Source: the human T2T-CHM13v2.0 reference genome, Homo sapiens. From it: a stretch of DNA of 64,000 nt. Both the position numbers and the translations under genes were made by a program. The notes below the pieces were generated by a model. It was not told the origin of the DNA and ran no database searches. It worked only from the letters and a program-made list of their open reading frames with translations. The DNA lies in NCBI RefSeq assembly GCF_009914755.1, contig NC_060935.1; one strand, 5' to 3'. Shown piece after piece: positions 1-17,324 of this stretch; position 1 is the first letter of the stretch, and each line of letters starts with the position of its first letter.

Positions 1-230
1 AGCTGCTCTCCCTCCAGGATGTCCGCGCCGTGGGGAAGCGGGGGTCCCGCTGGCCTTCTAGCTCTCTATTTATCTCCAAAGTGTCGGGTTTTCTTTCTCC
101 TGCTAGATGCGGATTCCTTGAGGGCAGAGTCACATCTGACGCCCCTTTCCCATGGGGCACAGCACGCATGCGCGATGGGCACTCCGGGTGCGTCAGCTGA
201 TTACCTGATTTCATCTGGGCAGATGTGATG
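1..230. promoter_or_regulatory. CpG-retaining GC-rich stretch, probably the edge of a CpG island/regulatory element left of the window; NRF1-like motif at 163-174
   Basis: Many CpGs in the first 200 bp compared with depleted flanks; CACGCATGCGCG resembles the NRF1 palindrome GCGCATGCGC. Confidence 0.4.
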
Positions 231-239
231 GCACAAGGG

Positions 240-430
240 CAGTGACCCTGTGCCAGACACTTTCCTAAACAGGCATAAGCTCACTGAATCCCGGAGCCTT
301 CCCATGAGGGAGAAACAATCTTTAATCTCATTTTAGAGATGATGAAGTGAAGTCCAGGCAGCCCAGCCAAGGGGCAGGACCGATCTGATGGAAGCAGCTT
401 TGCTGGGACCAAACGACTCTGTTCCTCGCC
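240..430 (-). mobile_element. MIR remnant
   Basis: tgtgccagacact...tctcattttagagatgatgaagtgaag resembles the MIR core. Confidence 0.5.
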
Positions 431-1039
431 CATTACCAACACTACCTCCTCCAACAACACAGGAGACGTGCATGGAGCCCTCCTTCGGTCACAGTCCTAC
501 CCCACGTGCTGGATAAATAAAGAGGGTGACCTAAAAGCAAATATGACTCCTTCTGAACTCTCACCCTGCCAGACAGCGATGATAGGGATATTATGCTCAT
601 GACACCTGGCCACACGTGACCCAGTGGAGAAGTCAGGGAGCAACAGAGATCTGCATTAAGGAGCTACCGAGAAGGAGACATACAGAGCTATTGTCAATCA
701 AACCAACCAAGCTTCTGAACATTCCCGCTAAGAACTTCTTTAGAATGCACTATTTTTTTTTCTGTTGGGGCTATTATTCATTTTAACCTAATGTTATGTT
801 TTAAGCCTCCTACGTAAGTACACACCAGCTTTAAATGTTGTGGAATACTGAGCTCATATATCTAGTCAAACTTCTGTTTGCTTTTTGCTGCATCCATAGC
901 TACGATTTGAATAAATAAAGGAGAAAGGTTTGGCTCCCAATCCTACTCCCTGGGCCCCATGCCATCATTCCCCAAAACAAAGGAGGAAAGATGCCAGAAG
1001 TGAGAGAACAGGGGTAATGGTGAAGAAAAACAACATCCT

Positions 1040-1198
1040 GGCCAGGCACAGTGGCTCAGGCCTGTAATCCCAGCACTTTGGGAGGCTGAATGGGGAGGAT
1101 CACTTGAGCACGGAAGGTCAAGGCTATAGTGACCCACGATTGTACCTCTGCACTCCAGCCTGGGCAACAGAGCAAGACCCTGTCTCAAAACACCAAAA
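1040..1198 (+). mobile_element. Alu monomer (left-arm 5' part joined to right-arm 3' part, J-like)
   Basis: Starts ggccaggcacagtggctca...cagcactttggg and ends tgcactccagcctgggcaacagagcaagaccctgtctc after about 150 bp. Confidence 0.9.
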
Positions 1199-1203
1199 AA
1201 CAG

Positions 1204-1503
1204 TCCGGGCGCAGTGGTTCATGCCTATAATTCCAGCACTTTGGGAGGCTGAGGCAGCCAAATCACCTGAGGTTAGGAGTTCCCGACCAACCTGGCCAAC
1301 ATAGTGAAATCCTGTCTCTACTAAAAATACAAAGTTAGCTGGGCGTGGTAGCGGGTGCCTGTAGTCCCAACTACTCAGGAGGCTGAGGCAGGAGAATCAC
1401 TTGAACCCAGGAGGCGGAGGTTGCAAGATCACACCACTGCACTCCAGCCTGGGCAACAGAGCAAGACACTGTCTCAAAACAAACAAACAAGCAAACCAAA
1501 ACA
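1204..1503 (+). mobile_element. AluS inserted in the tail of the preceding monomer
   Basis: Full dimer; aaaacaacatcct / aaaatatcatcct flank both elements together. Confidence 0.93.
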
Positions 1504-1654
1504 AAAATATCATCCTATTCTGGGTGGTACAGAGCAGGGGCAGGCTCCCCAGGGAGGGATGCAGGAGGGGCAGGAAGGCATTTCATTAATTTCCTACAAG
1601 GAGTCAGCACATTTTATAACTATGGGCAGGGAAGGGAGAAGAAGAGCTGCCAAC

Positions 1655-1980
1655 CCACCCCTCTGCAGATGAGGTCACAGGCTCGGAGGGCGCCAAAGAA
1701 GCCTAGCCTGTAAGTGCTTGACCAGGACCTGAACCTGGAACCTGAAACTCAAGCCCTCTCTTCCCAGCTCAGGGCTCTCCCCCTCCACCTGGCTCCCCAC
1801 CTGACTCTGCAGGATCTGGTGGCTCTGTGCTGTTTGTTAAGTGACCTGCTCCCTCTGGATTGCATCCCATAATAGCCACACCCATGACTATATACTGGGT
1901 GGTTCCGTTCGTCCAAACAAGAAAACCCAAGGAGTGAGCTTTGTCCCGGGACTTCCCAGGGCACAACCACGCAGATGTGG
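1655..1980 (-). mobile_element. MIR remnants
   Basis: tctgcagatgaggtcacaggctcggagg...ccaggacctgaacctgg. Confidence 0.45.
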
Positions 1981-2179
1981 ACTGGGGTTTTCTAAAGAGT
2001 CTATTATATCAGATGATTAAAACAAAGATGCAGGAGAGGTGAAGGTCATGGATTCAATCTCTAAATGAGCCCACTGTCACACAAAGGAAAATGAGGGGGA
2101 TCTGTCCTGGCCGGGCATCTTCATGTTTTGTCATCCACCTTCCTGCCCTCCTGTCTCAAAAGGCACCAGAGTCTTCTCA

Positions 2180-3235
2180 GAAAAGCCTTCCTGCTTGATC
2201 CAGTGACAACCACCACCTCCTGGGCACTCGATGCCACCTCCATGCCTCCTTCAGGACGTGGGGATCCATTATCCCATCTTGCTTCAAAATCTTTACCCTC
2301 TCTCTCACCAGCTCCTTTTGCTCAGCCTATAAACATCAAGTCTCCCCCAAACTGAAAAGATCTCCCTATGTCTGCCTCCTGCACCCAGTGATGGTGCCAC
2401 CTCTCCTCTTACCTTCAACACTAGGCTTCCTGGTAGTCCCCCTTAATCTCCTAAACTTCTCCCAGTAATTCCTAAGCACCCCCTCCCCTGCCAAAATGTG
2501 CAATCAAGCCCAGCCGTTCTATGGAAACAGCCCTCTCAAGGGCCACACATAGTCCACTAAGTGTCACATCTAGGGGGTACTTCTCAGCACCCATCCCACT
2601 CGACCTCCCTGCATCAATTAACCCAGCAGAAAAACTCTTCCTTATGAAATGTGCTAATGGCAAGCGCTATTCCCTCCTTACTCAAAAGGCATTTCCCTCC
2701 CCTTGGCTGGAAGAATCCTGTTTGTTCAAGGACAGGAAAGAGATTTTTTGATTTCACCAAGACAGGCACAGCCCCTGGTCCAAAGCAAGCATGTGTCCTT
2801 CTGCCCAGTGGGATCTAGGGGGAGATTAGCAGGAATCTTCTGGGGACGATCCCTCCATCATCACCACCCCACATCCCACCAATAAAAGAGGCATGAGGAG
2901 AACGTCTGTTCCACGCTGTTGCTATCTCCTGCCTTTGAACGCATCATGTGAGGATGTAATGCCCAAGGCTAGGAGAAAGGCAAGAGGGCCTCGGTGACAC
3001 TGACACAGAGCTTTGCTGCTGAACACCCAGACTGTGAGAAAAATCAACCCTTTCATCTAATCACCTGGACAACTTTGCTGTTACCCACAGTGAAAAGCCT
3101 CCCAAGCTGACATAGCCCTCCTCCCTCGGTTACTGCCTCCTCCCTCTGTCCCTCCTTATCAAGTCCGCTTGACAGCCCCTCTGCCCACCTCTTGAATCTC
3201 AGTGTTCTCCTGGCCCTCTGCCCCCGTGGACCTCT
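2180..3235 (+). mobile_element. L2 LINE ORF2 (reverse transcriptase) remnant, discontinuous
   Basis: ORF 2521-2751 METALSRATHSPL..S.GYFSAPIPLDLPAS matches the decayed L2/CR1 RT motif TETALxKVTND...LILLDLSAAFD; pyrimidine-rich L2-like sequence resumes at about 3100-3235. Confidence 0.65.
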
Positions 3236-3264
3236 GAAGTTCATGCCCTCATCATCTACCTGTT

Positions 3265-4590
3265 TGTCAACTCAGTGAATACCTGTCAGCACCTTCTATG
3301 TTCCAATAGGTATGGTAGAGTTGACACTCTAGTGGGGGAGAGAAACAATAAATAAGATGAACAACTAAAAAATTCCAAGTTGTGATCAGTGTATGCTCTG
3401 AATGAAATGACTGGCTAAAGAGGATGCTGAGAGGGCCTGTGGAGCCCTCTCAGGTCGTGGGCAGTGACCTGAGAGGGGACATTTATCTTGAAGTTTGAAG
3501 AATGGGAAGGAGCCAGCCACGCAAAGGCAAGGACGAGCATTCCCAACAGTGGCGACGATGGTGAACCCTGGATGAAGACCTGAGGAAGGAAAGACATGGC
3601 GTGTGGGGACCAAAAGGAAGCCAGTGAGGCTAGAGGGACAAGAGTGATGAGGAGAGGGGACATCAGGTGAAGCTGGGATCTGGCGTAGAACCTTGTAAGC
3701 CACAGGAAGATGGTGGTTGTTATGCTGAGTGTGGCTGGAAGTCATCGGATATGAGGATTCACAATCAAATGTGTGTTACTAAAAGATCCCTGTGGCTGAA
3801 ATGTGGAGCTGGATGGAAGAGGAAAGATCATGGACCATGCGGACTCACAGCCGTCCAGGTGAGATGGTGGTGACTCGCCACACTACCTGCAGTGGTGGCG
3901 GTAGAGATGGAGAGAGGTGGCCACCTTTGTGATGTCTTTCCAATGTGGAAATTATAGGACTTGCTGACAAGGGGATGTGAGGGCTGAGGAAGAGGGAGGC
4001 ATTGAGGATAACACTCAAGTTTTCTAGTTTGAAGGCGGGCGGGCTGATACTATTTGTTGAGATGGAGAAGCAGGTTCAGGGGTGGGGGAGGCAAATCATT
4101 TTGGAGCTCCACTTTGAGTTCCATTTGGGAAATGCTGAGCTTGAAATGCTTGAGAGACATCCAAGTGAAGAAGAAAGGGGCAGCTCAGTGTTCAAGGCTG
4201 GAGCCCAAGGAGTTGGGAATTGTCAACCTACAGATGGTATTTAAAGTTCTGGGAAGGCCGGGCACAGTGGCTCACGCCTATAATCCCAGCACTTTGGGAG
4301 GCCGAGGTGGGCGGATCACAAGGTCAGGAGATAGAGACCATCCTGGCTAACACAGTGAAACCCCATTTCTATTAAAAATACAAAAATTAGCCAGGCGTGG
4401 TGGTGGGCACATGTAGTCTCAGCTACTCGGGAGGCTGAGGCAGGAGAATGGTGTGAACCCCGGAGGCAGAGGCTGAAGTGAGCCGAGACTGCGCCACTGC
4501 ACTCCAGCCTGGGTGACAGAGCGAGACTCTGTCTCAAAGATAATAATAATAATAATAAAGTTCTGGGAATGGGTAAGGCTCACCACGCAG
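3265..4590 (-). mobile_element. L2a 3' region (about 1 kb) interrupted by an Alu
   Basis: Typical antisense L2 text: gaagccagtgaggctagag, gccacaggaagatgg, gagacatccaagtgaag, cagatggtatttaaag. Confidence 0.85.
4256..4556 (+). mobile_element. AluY/Sc-like
   Basis: Full dimer, (taa)n tail, TSD aaagttctgggaa. Confidence 0.95.
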
Positions 4591-5224
4591 AGCCATCAGG
4601 TCATTTGAGCTACAAGTAGCGTTTATTTTTCACTTCTTGCTCTCTCTTCTCATGGTGTGAGTTTGCCACAGGCTATCAAGTCTAAATCCAGTGTATTTCT
4701 GACAGCTATGCTCTCTCCTTCCGTTCCCTGGCTGGGGCCCTTCCAGCCTTCACCTTGCCTCCCCTGGAGACTTTTCATAACTACCTGGCCTTGGTCTCTC
4801 CAGCTCACCTGCACCCTGCCACCTGTGGGGTCTGCCCCCTGCTCAGCTGTAGAAAAGCTGAAACCAGAGAGGGAGGCAGGAGGCAACCTCAGAGAGCCAG
4901 CTGTGGGGCAACACCAGGCGGGATCAGGGTCACCCAGGCCTGAGCTGGAGAGGGGCCAGCGACCAAGAGAGAACCAGGTGCCCAGCTTATAACCACAGCA
5001 ACCGGGGAGAGCAGGGGCAGAGGCTGGTAGTGCACCCTATTCTTCACCCTAGTCTGATGAAATGGCTTTATTAGTCCAGCTCACTGGCACCAACCCAGGC
5101 AGTTTCAAAGCTAAAGCTACCACCCAACACCTGGCATGCCAGGGGACGCTCGTGAAAACAAATACTGGCAAAAATAACAATGACTAACGTTTATTGAACT
5201 CTTCCAATGTGGTGGTTCGTCCCG

Positions 5225-5345
5225 GCTCCACTATGTGACTGGGCTTGGTGAACTCTCCTAGCCTCATCTGTAATGTGGGATTCAATGAGTTGACTCACGA
5301 TAAAGTATCTTAGCTGATGCCTAGCACAAAGAAAATGCTCAATAC
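5225..5345 (+). mobile_element. MIR remnant
   Basis: cctcatctgtaatgtggga...tgcctagcacaaagaaaatgctcaata. Confidence 0.6.
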
Positions 5346-5430
5346 TGAAAGGTATAATTGCTGTGAATATGATTATGATTAAAACAAAAGTCAACTCGTG
5401 TCTTTTTCCTGCATGAAAATCTCCAGTGGA

Positions 5431-5543
5431 GGCAGAGCGCAGTGGTTCACATCTGTAATCCCAGTGCTTTGGGAGGCTGAGGTAGGTGGATCGCTTGGGC
5501 CCAGGAGTTCAAGACCAGCCTGGGCAGCATAGCGAGACCCTGT
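5431..5543 (+). mobile_element. FLAM (free left Alu monomer)
   Basis: Left-arm sequence only; TSD aaaatctccag on both sides of the FLAM plus inserted Alu. Confidence 0.9.
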
Positions 5544-5960
5544 TTTTTATTTTATTTTGTTTTCTTTTGTTTTATTTTATTTTATTTTATTATTTTATTT
5601 TATTTTATTTATTTTATTTATTTACTTTATTTATTTTATTGAGACAGAGTTTCACTCTTGTCATCCAGGCTGCAGTGCAATGGTGTGATCTCACGGCACA
5701 CGGCAACCTCTGCCTCCTGGGTTCAAGCAATTCTCCTGCCTCAGCCTCCCAAGTAGCTGAGATTACAGGCACCCACCACCACGCCCGGCTATTTTTTTTG
5801 TATTTGTTGTTGTTGTTGTTGTTTATTTATTTGTATTTTTAGTAGAGATAGGGTTTCACCATGTTGGCCAGGCTGGTCTCAAGCTCCTGACCTCAGATGA
5901 TCCAACTGCCTTGGCCCCCCAAAGTACTGGGATTAAAGGTGTGAGCCACCACCCTTGGCC
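5544..5960 (-). mobile_element. AluS with (TTTTA)n tail inserted into the FLAM 3' end
   Basis: Antisense dimer; the FLAM tail resumes at 5961. Confidence 0.95.
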
Positions 5961-6391
5961 TCTATTTTAAAATAAATAATAGAGAATTTAAAATTTAAAA
6001 ATCTCCAGCAGCTCCCTGCCCCCAGACATAAGACTTCACCATCAGCCAGCCCATGCAAACTACAGCTCCAGCTGTGCCGTGTCCCTCACCATTTCCTGCA
6101 AGCGCCATGCACCGTCAGACCTCCAAGCCTCTGCTCCCACCGTCTCCCTTGCCTGCAATACCCTCCTTGAGCTTCTCCACCAGAGAGAGGAAGTCATCAG
6201 CAGAGCAGTCAACAGCCAATAGCCCTAGGCCCATTGGACTTTCAGACTGGGACGCCTCTCTCGCCTTTGCGTTCTGGGCATCTAGCACAGCACCAGACAA
6301 TAGGTGCTGATGGCAGAAATATTAAAAGGTTGTTACATTTTTAACGAGCAGAGAAGGTGGGTGGCAAGCTCAGTTCAAGATTCCAGGAAGA

Positions 6392-6451
6392 GGCTGGACG
6401 TGGTGGCTCACGCCTGTAATCGCGGCACTTTGGGAGGCCAAGGCGGGAGGA
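6392..6451 (+). mobile_element. 3'-truncated Alu fragment
   Basis: Only the first 60 nt of an Alu. Confidence 0.85.
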
Positions 6452-6551
6452 GAAGAGATGAGACGGAGACCCATCTTTGGTACATGGAGATGATGTCACT
6501 GACCCAAAGCTAGGCAGGGGGCAGGCTCAGATGTTGGTTCTTCCTGGAATC

Positions 6552-6657
6552 TTTTTTTTTTTTTTTGATACCGAGTCTCAGTCTGTCACTCAGGCTAGAG
6601 TGCAGTGGTACAATCTCAGCTCACTGCAACTTCCGCCTCCTGGCTTCAAAGCAATCC
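6552..6657 (-). mobile_element. 5'-truncated Alu right-arm fragment
   Basis: polyT followed by the Alu 3' end. Confidence 0.85.
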
Positions 6658-6923
6658 TTGTAACAAGACTTCAGTTTAAAGAAAACCAACAACATAATGT
6701 GTTTAGGAACCCAAGACCAGAGCAAAATGTCGGGTCAGAGAAAGGCCCTCCTCCAGCCCCGCTTCCCATCCAGGACCCTCCTCATTCTCAGACACTCGCC
6801 CTATGTCCACTCTAGGCCCTTCCCAGCTGACAGCCTGGCAGGATGGCTGCCAGTAATTGTTTGAAATGGTTGCTTAATAGGATTATCTCAAAGATAAAAA
6901 ATCTTCCATCTAAAAAAAAAATT

Positions 6924-7222
6924 GGCCAGGCGCGATGGCTCATGTCTGTAATCCCAGCATTTTGGGAGGCCAAGGCGGGCAGATAACTTGAGGTCAGGAG
7001 TTCAAGACCAGCCTGGACAACATGGTAAAACCCCGTCTCTGCTAGAAATACAAAAATCATCCAGGCATAGTGGCGTGAGCCTGTAATCCCAGCTACTCAG
7101 GAGGCTGAGGCAGGAGAATTGCTTGAACCAGAAGGTGGAGGTTGCACTTAGCTGAGATTGCACCATTGCACTCCAGCCTGGGTGACAGAGCGAGACTCCG
7201 TCTCAAAAAAAAAAAAAAAAAA
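6924..7222 (+). mobile_element. AluS
   Basis: Full dimer with polyA. Confidence 0.95.
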
Positions 7223-7226
7223 TTAA

Positions 7227-7579
<353 letters not shown>

Positions 7580-7639
7580 TGCAAACTAATCTTAAGAAGC
7601 CTGCCTGGCAGGGCACAAATCCCACCCCAAAGAGAGAAA

Positions 7640-7865
7640 TGACAATAACAGATACATTTGTTAAGTACTTCCTTTATGTCAGGCAGTTTACATTTGTAAT
7701 CTCATGTTATCCTTATAGAAATACTGTGATGTACATGGCTTACTATCTCCATTTGCAGCAAGAGGGAAACTGAGGCTAAGGAAGTGCACCCAGTCAGTGA
7801 GAAAGCCAGAACTGGATGCAGGCCGTCCCGCTCTGGAACTCGTGCTACTCAGCCTATTCCATTGC
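7640..7865 (-). mobile_element. MIR
   Basis: ctccatttgcagcaagagggaaactgaggct core. Confidence 0.75.
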
Positions 7866-8207
7866 ATTGTCTGCAGAGAGGGTCTATGCTGTGATTCCAC
7901 AGGTCAAGGGCTGAGAGGTCTGTTGGATTCCTGTGGTTTCTTACGAGCTGCTATTATTGGTTGTGTGGACGGATGGGTGATTGGAGGCAGAATAGGAAGG
8001 AGTTGTCAGAGCAGTCACCCAGGGACGGCCTCATTCAAGCCTTCATGTTCATGCCATATTTTTATCTTGGCCTTTATCTAAGTCTTCTCATGCTTAGGGA
8101 TGACCCAGATTGATGACAGCAGGCATCTTCAGCAACCTCTGCACCCTGAGTCTGAGCTCTTCCTGGGCTCACACAATGGGACAGGTGAGATGGTAAAAGG
8201 TGTTTCA

Positions 8208-8496
8208 GGCCGGGCGCGGTGGCTTACCGCACCTGTAATCCCAACACTTTGGGAGGCCAAGGCGGGCAGATCACTTGAGGTCAGGAGTTGGAGACCAGCC
8301 TGGCCAACACGGTGAAACCTTCTCTTTACTAAAAATTAAAAAATTAGCCAGTCGTGGTGGCACGCACCTGTAGTCCCAGCCACTTAAGAAGCTAAGGCAC
8401 AAGAATCGCTTGAACCCAGGAGGTGGAAGTTGCAGTAAACCAAGATCAAGCCACTGCACTCCAGTGGGCAACAGAGCGAGACTCTGTTTCAACAAA
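8208..8496 (+). mobile_element. AluS
   Basis: Full dimer; TSD aaaaggtgtttca. Confidence 0.95.
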
Positions 8497-8869
8497 AAAG
8501 GTGTTTCAGCAAATTTTGCAAGAATAATATGACCACCCTACACCCATCTGCTGCCCAAAACAAAGTCGTATGTCCCAGGAGCATCCCACCTCCAAACCCC
8601 ACCCCCATCTATATACTTCATTAACGGAGGAATGGACACCATCACCTCCATGGCACGTCGGAAGGAATGTGTCTGCTTTATCCCACAATGCAGACTGATC
8701 TTTCATCATCAATGCCTTAAAGCTAATCATTACTGCTCTTGCCTAACTCGTCATCAGCTTCCCTGATGACGACTTCAGCTCAAGGGTATCTCTTCCACCT
8801 CATCCTGGTTCAAGGAGAAACCATGACATTCAGCCCCATTTGGATTGTGGAAGTCAAATGAGTGGTAAC

Positions 8870-9040
8870 AATAATAAGAATAATAATTTAGCTATAATTT
8901 ATTGGGTACTTACTGTGTGTCAGGAACATGACAACTCAGAGATAAGGAAACTGAGGCTTAGAAACACCCCAGGAGACCCAGCTAGTCAACAGCAGAACCA
9001 GGATTCGAACCCAGGACCTGAACTTGGCACTGCACCACTG
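8870..9040 (-). mobile_element. MIR
   Basis: gataaggaaactgaggcttaga...ccaggattcgaacccagg. Confidence 0.8.
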
Positions 9041-9257
9041 CCTTGCAAGAAGGCTCCAGTCTGGTGTCTGTAAGAGCTGCAAGAGCATTCAAGGCTGTCT
9101 CAGTCCACCAAAAGGGGTGGGTGACTTGAGGAGCCTCTGGAAGTCAAAGGTAGAGTTTGAATTCTAGGTCTGAATTTAGCGGGCTATGTTCTAGGAACAC
9201 ATCTCAACAAGAGGATTGTGTCAACACATGCTGCCGTGTGCACAGTCAGAAATTCTA

Positions 9258-9912
<655 letters not shown>

Positions 9913-10380
9913 TAAGAATCCCTCCCATCTTCAAGAAGTTATGAAAAACCAATCTAAATAACAACACAAAATGTGAATAAGAAGGTGAAGGAACTGAAAT
10001 GTTTCATAATGAGAGCTGGAACTTCTGACCCTCATTCCAGCAATATTTTCGCAGGATGCCACCCTGGGGACCCGCTCCTTTAGCCAAAATTATGGGGTAA
10101 GGAGATGTCAAGCCCAGAAACCCCCAGCCTTTCAGGGTTCACAGGGATAGATCTGCCAGGGCGATGGGGAGAAGAGTGGGAGGGGGAGGAGAAGAGGAAG
10201 AAGAGGGAGAAAGGAGTGAGAGGCATTTAATGAGTGATCTCCCCACACTCGTCATGGGATATGCAGGGAACTGAAATGCCTGCCCCCATGTCTGCTCCAG
10301 CCCCTCCTCAAACGGCTCCAAGAAGTTGAGAACCCACACCTTCCTTAAGTGATCTCCACTGAAGGCTCAGATTTGCATTT

Positions 10381-10758
<378 letters not shown>

Positions 10759-10886
10759 TAAAGGAATTGGCCCCCTTAAGAGAGTCTCCTGATCCCATGA
10801 AGGCTGGGCTGACTGGCAGCGCAGTGCTGGCTCCCCCATTTTGCCTTTCATTTTATTCCTCCCAAGCCACATTCCTTAAGAAATGT

Positions 10887-11751
<865 letters not shown>

Positions 11752-11784
11752 GCCCTCATCATTGGCCTTTGCCACTTTCTGTGG

Positions 11785-12000
11785 CTGATAATGATAATAA
11801 AGGTTAACCTTAGTACAGGTCAAGCACTGTGCTAGGCGGTCTTTATGCTTTAGGCAGTTTGCACGCTTATTTCATTCAATCTACTGACAACATAGGGAAC
11901 ATTATTACCCCATTTTACAAAGGGGGAAACTGACACTCAGAGAGGTTAATAACTTGCCCAAGAGCACCCAGCAGATACATGACTGAGATTTCAACCCAGT
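11785..12000 (-). mobile_element. MIR
   Basis: attaccccattttacaaagggggaaactgacactcagagaggttaataacttgcccaag. Confidence 0.85.
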
Positions 12001-12481
12001 TGGCTGGGTTGGCTCTCAGACCAGTTTGACCCTGGTGGACACTCCCTGGCCAGGTGTGAGGCTTGGCCCCATAGCTCCAGGCTGCCATTCAAGGCTGGTC
12101 TCCCTAGAATCTCAGTGGTGGCATGTCACCCCACGAGCCCATCAACTTCATGTCCCACAGCAGAGCCCTGCCTCCTCTGAAGGCCTGTAGATCACTTAGT
12201 AGATCTGGATCAGAGACTAGGATTTCACACTTATAAGCCCCACCCCTGCCACCGCCTACGGCTGAGTCTGGAGCAGGTGGTTCAGAGAGTCATCATTCCT
12301 TTCCTTTCTTCTCCTAGGGATGCCTCCAGCTCTTTGTCCTTTGTCAGCAGGAATGAGCCCAGGGAACAAACAAGCCCTTTACCTGCAGTCACCTGACCTC
12401 AGGAACTCTTCAAATCATCTCAGTAATGAAGTGCCCTAAGGACTCTAGCTCATTGATTCACCTTAGAAAAGTCTTAGTTCA

Positions 12482-13107
<626 letters not shown>

Positions 13108-13127
13108 GAACGAAAAGGCTTAGTTCA

Positions 13128-13712
<585 letters not shown>

Positions 13713-14199
13713 AGAAAATACTTAGTTCATAAGCAACAGAACTGATAGCTGTCCACCAAGAATAAGAACAGGACCACTTCTTCATCCCCACGTCAGAAGG
13801 TCAGAGCTTCAGTGGGCCTTAGGGACGGTCCCACTTGATCCCCTCACCAGAGGGGCCACAGGATACAGTACAGAGTGCACCACGGTTCTGAGACGGGAGA
13901 GTCTGGTGTAAGCTGGAGTGGACAGTCACTTTCTGCAACTAACTCACCCTCCCTACAACTCTTCTGCTGGAAAATGCCAAGTCACCCCTTATAATCAACA
14001 AAGCCAAGCTTTGTAAGTACTAAATTACTTTGGAGGGTGGGAGGAGGGCAGAAAAATTGGCCAGTACTCATTATAGCTTTCATTTCACTCTGTGTCAGGG
14101 TTCATTAGTTCCCTACCTGGCTTCTTCTGCCTGTGTTATAAACCTCTTGTGGACAGGAGCTAGCTCTGTTTCCTCCACTGCTCCCAAGGACAGGAGCTG

Positions 14200-14370
14200 G
14201 TTCTGTTTCCTCAAGGTGTAGATCCTGAACCACCTGCACCAGACTCACCTGGAGGGCTTATTCAATGTGAATTCCTGGTCCCTGCTCCAGATTTACTGAA
14301 TCAGACACTCTAGGGTGGGACCTAGGAATTTGCCCCAAGTACCCCAGCTGTTTCAAAGTCCACTGCTCTG
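14200..14370. mobile_element. MER5A-like hAT-Charlie fossil
   Basis: cagactcacctggagggcttatt...tactgaatcagacactctagggtggga. Confidence 0.7.
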
Positions 14371-14437
14371 CTGGATTCTATGTTTAACTGTGGCCTGTCC
14401 CACTAAGAAAGCTGGCCAGGCCCTGGTGTGGAACTAG

Positions 14438-14547
14438 GTAGGATTGCCACCTGTCTTGGTTTGGACTGAGGGATTTCCTGGGATGAGCCTCTTGGGGTGC
14501 TAAAAGCAGGACAGTTTACAGGGCAAACTGGGATGGCTGGTCACCCC
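14438..14547. mobile_element. MER81-like hAT-Blackjack MITE
   Basis: gactgagggatttcctggga...gctaaaagcaggacag...ggcaaactgggatggctggtcaccc. Confidence 0.65.
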
Positions 14548-15295
14548 AGCACCTCTCCAAACTCCCCACACAAGGGCAAGGAGCAGGGGTTCCCAAGCTC
14601 ACAGGTAAGAGGGTCCCCAAAGCACTCATACTTGGTAGTGGAATGCACCACAAATGTACTCACAGTTGAATGTGGACATGGGTGATATTTTGAGATTTCA
14701 CAACACTTCACATGAAAAAATCAAATCAGACCACAGGGAACTGACTCAGGGCACTGGAAATGGATCCTGCTTCTCCAGCCTCTCCCCTGCCCAAAACCTT
14801 CAGTCTACACTGAAAGCAGCCATCACTTACCCTAAGCTGACTGTTCCTTCAGCATCAGAGGGTCATCCCTGGGGACGAGGAAGTCATGAAAATCATGGGA
14901 TGTCAGGACCAGACACTCTCCTGGAGCTCACACAGCCCTGGCCCCTCATTTCTCAGAAGAGAAAACTAAAGTCCAGAAGGGCCCAGTGATGGAGAGGCAC
15001 ACAGCCAGCCAGCCCAGAGATGAATGCCCCTCTCCTGACCTCCACACCTCCACACAAGCCCCTCTGCTGGGCAGAAAATGACAGGAGCAGGAAAAAGCCC
15101 AGAAATATTCATTGAGAAGGAGGCCAGATGCGTAGAATAGTCAAAACAAAAGAGCCTTAAGGCATCATGGTCCCCTAATCTCCTGCATGTCACAGATGAA
15201 GAAACTGAGACACACAGAGGTCAAATATCTTTCCCAAGACGACATATAGGAAATCCCTCTTACAGGTCATTTAGGGTCTGTCCATAGTGGCTTTA

Positions 15296-15932
<637 letters not shown>

Positions 15933-16283
15933 TCAGGCCCAGTTGGCGTGACTTGATAGTAGCAGGGGGCGGCTGGGGTGACCTTCACTTTTCACTTTCA
16001 AACAGCTTTTGGGTTGTATGAAATAATTGATTAAAATTTTTAATTTTGTGATATCTTTACAAAAATGATTAAAGAGGGAAAAATACCTTTCTTGAGCAGA
16101 TTGTGACAGAAGAGAAGGAGAGCAAGCCGTGAGTTTTGGAAAGCAGACAGATAAGGATGGTGGAATCAACTGCTGAGATCCAGGAAAAAGAACAAAAGAC
16201 CCCTAGGACCCAGAGATAAAGTGGTCTCAGGTATCCTGGAGACGAGGTGGCTGTCATGTGGTAGAGTGGGACTTCAAGTAGCC

Positions 16284-17324
<1,041 letters not shown>

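Noticed and set aside
9001-9016. tRNA-like B box ggattcgaaccc
   Set aside because: Part of the tRNA-derived MIR head; no cloverleaf
13843-13860. CTCF-like tcaccagaggggcc
   Set aside because: Mismatches at core positions; not supportable from sequence alone
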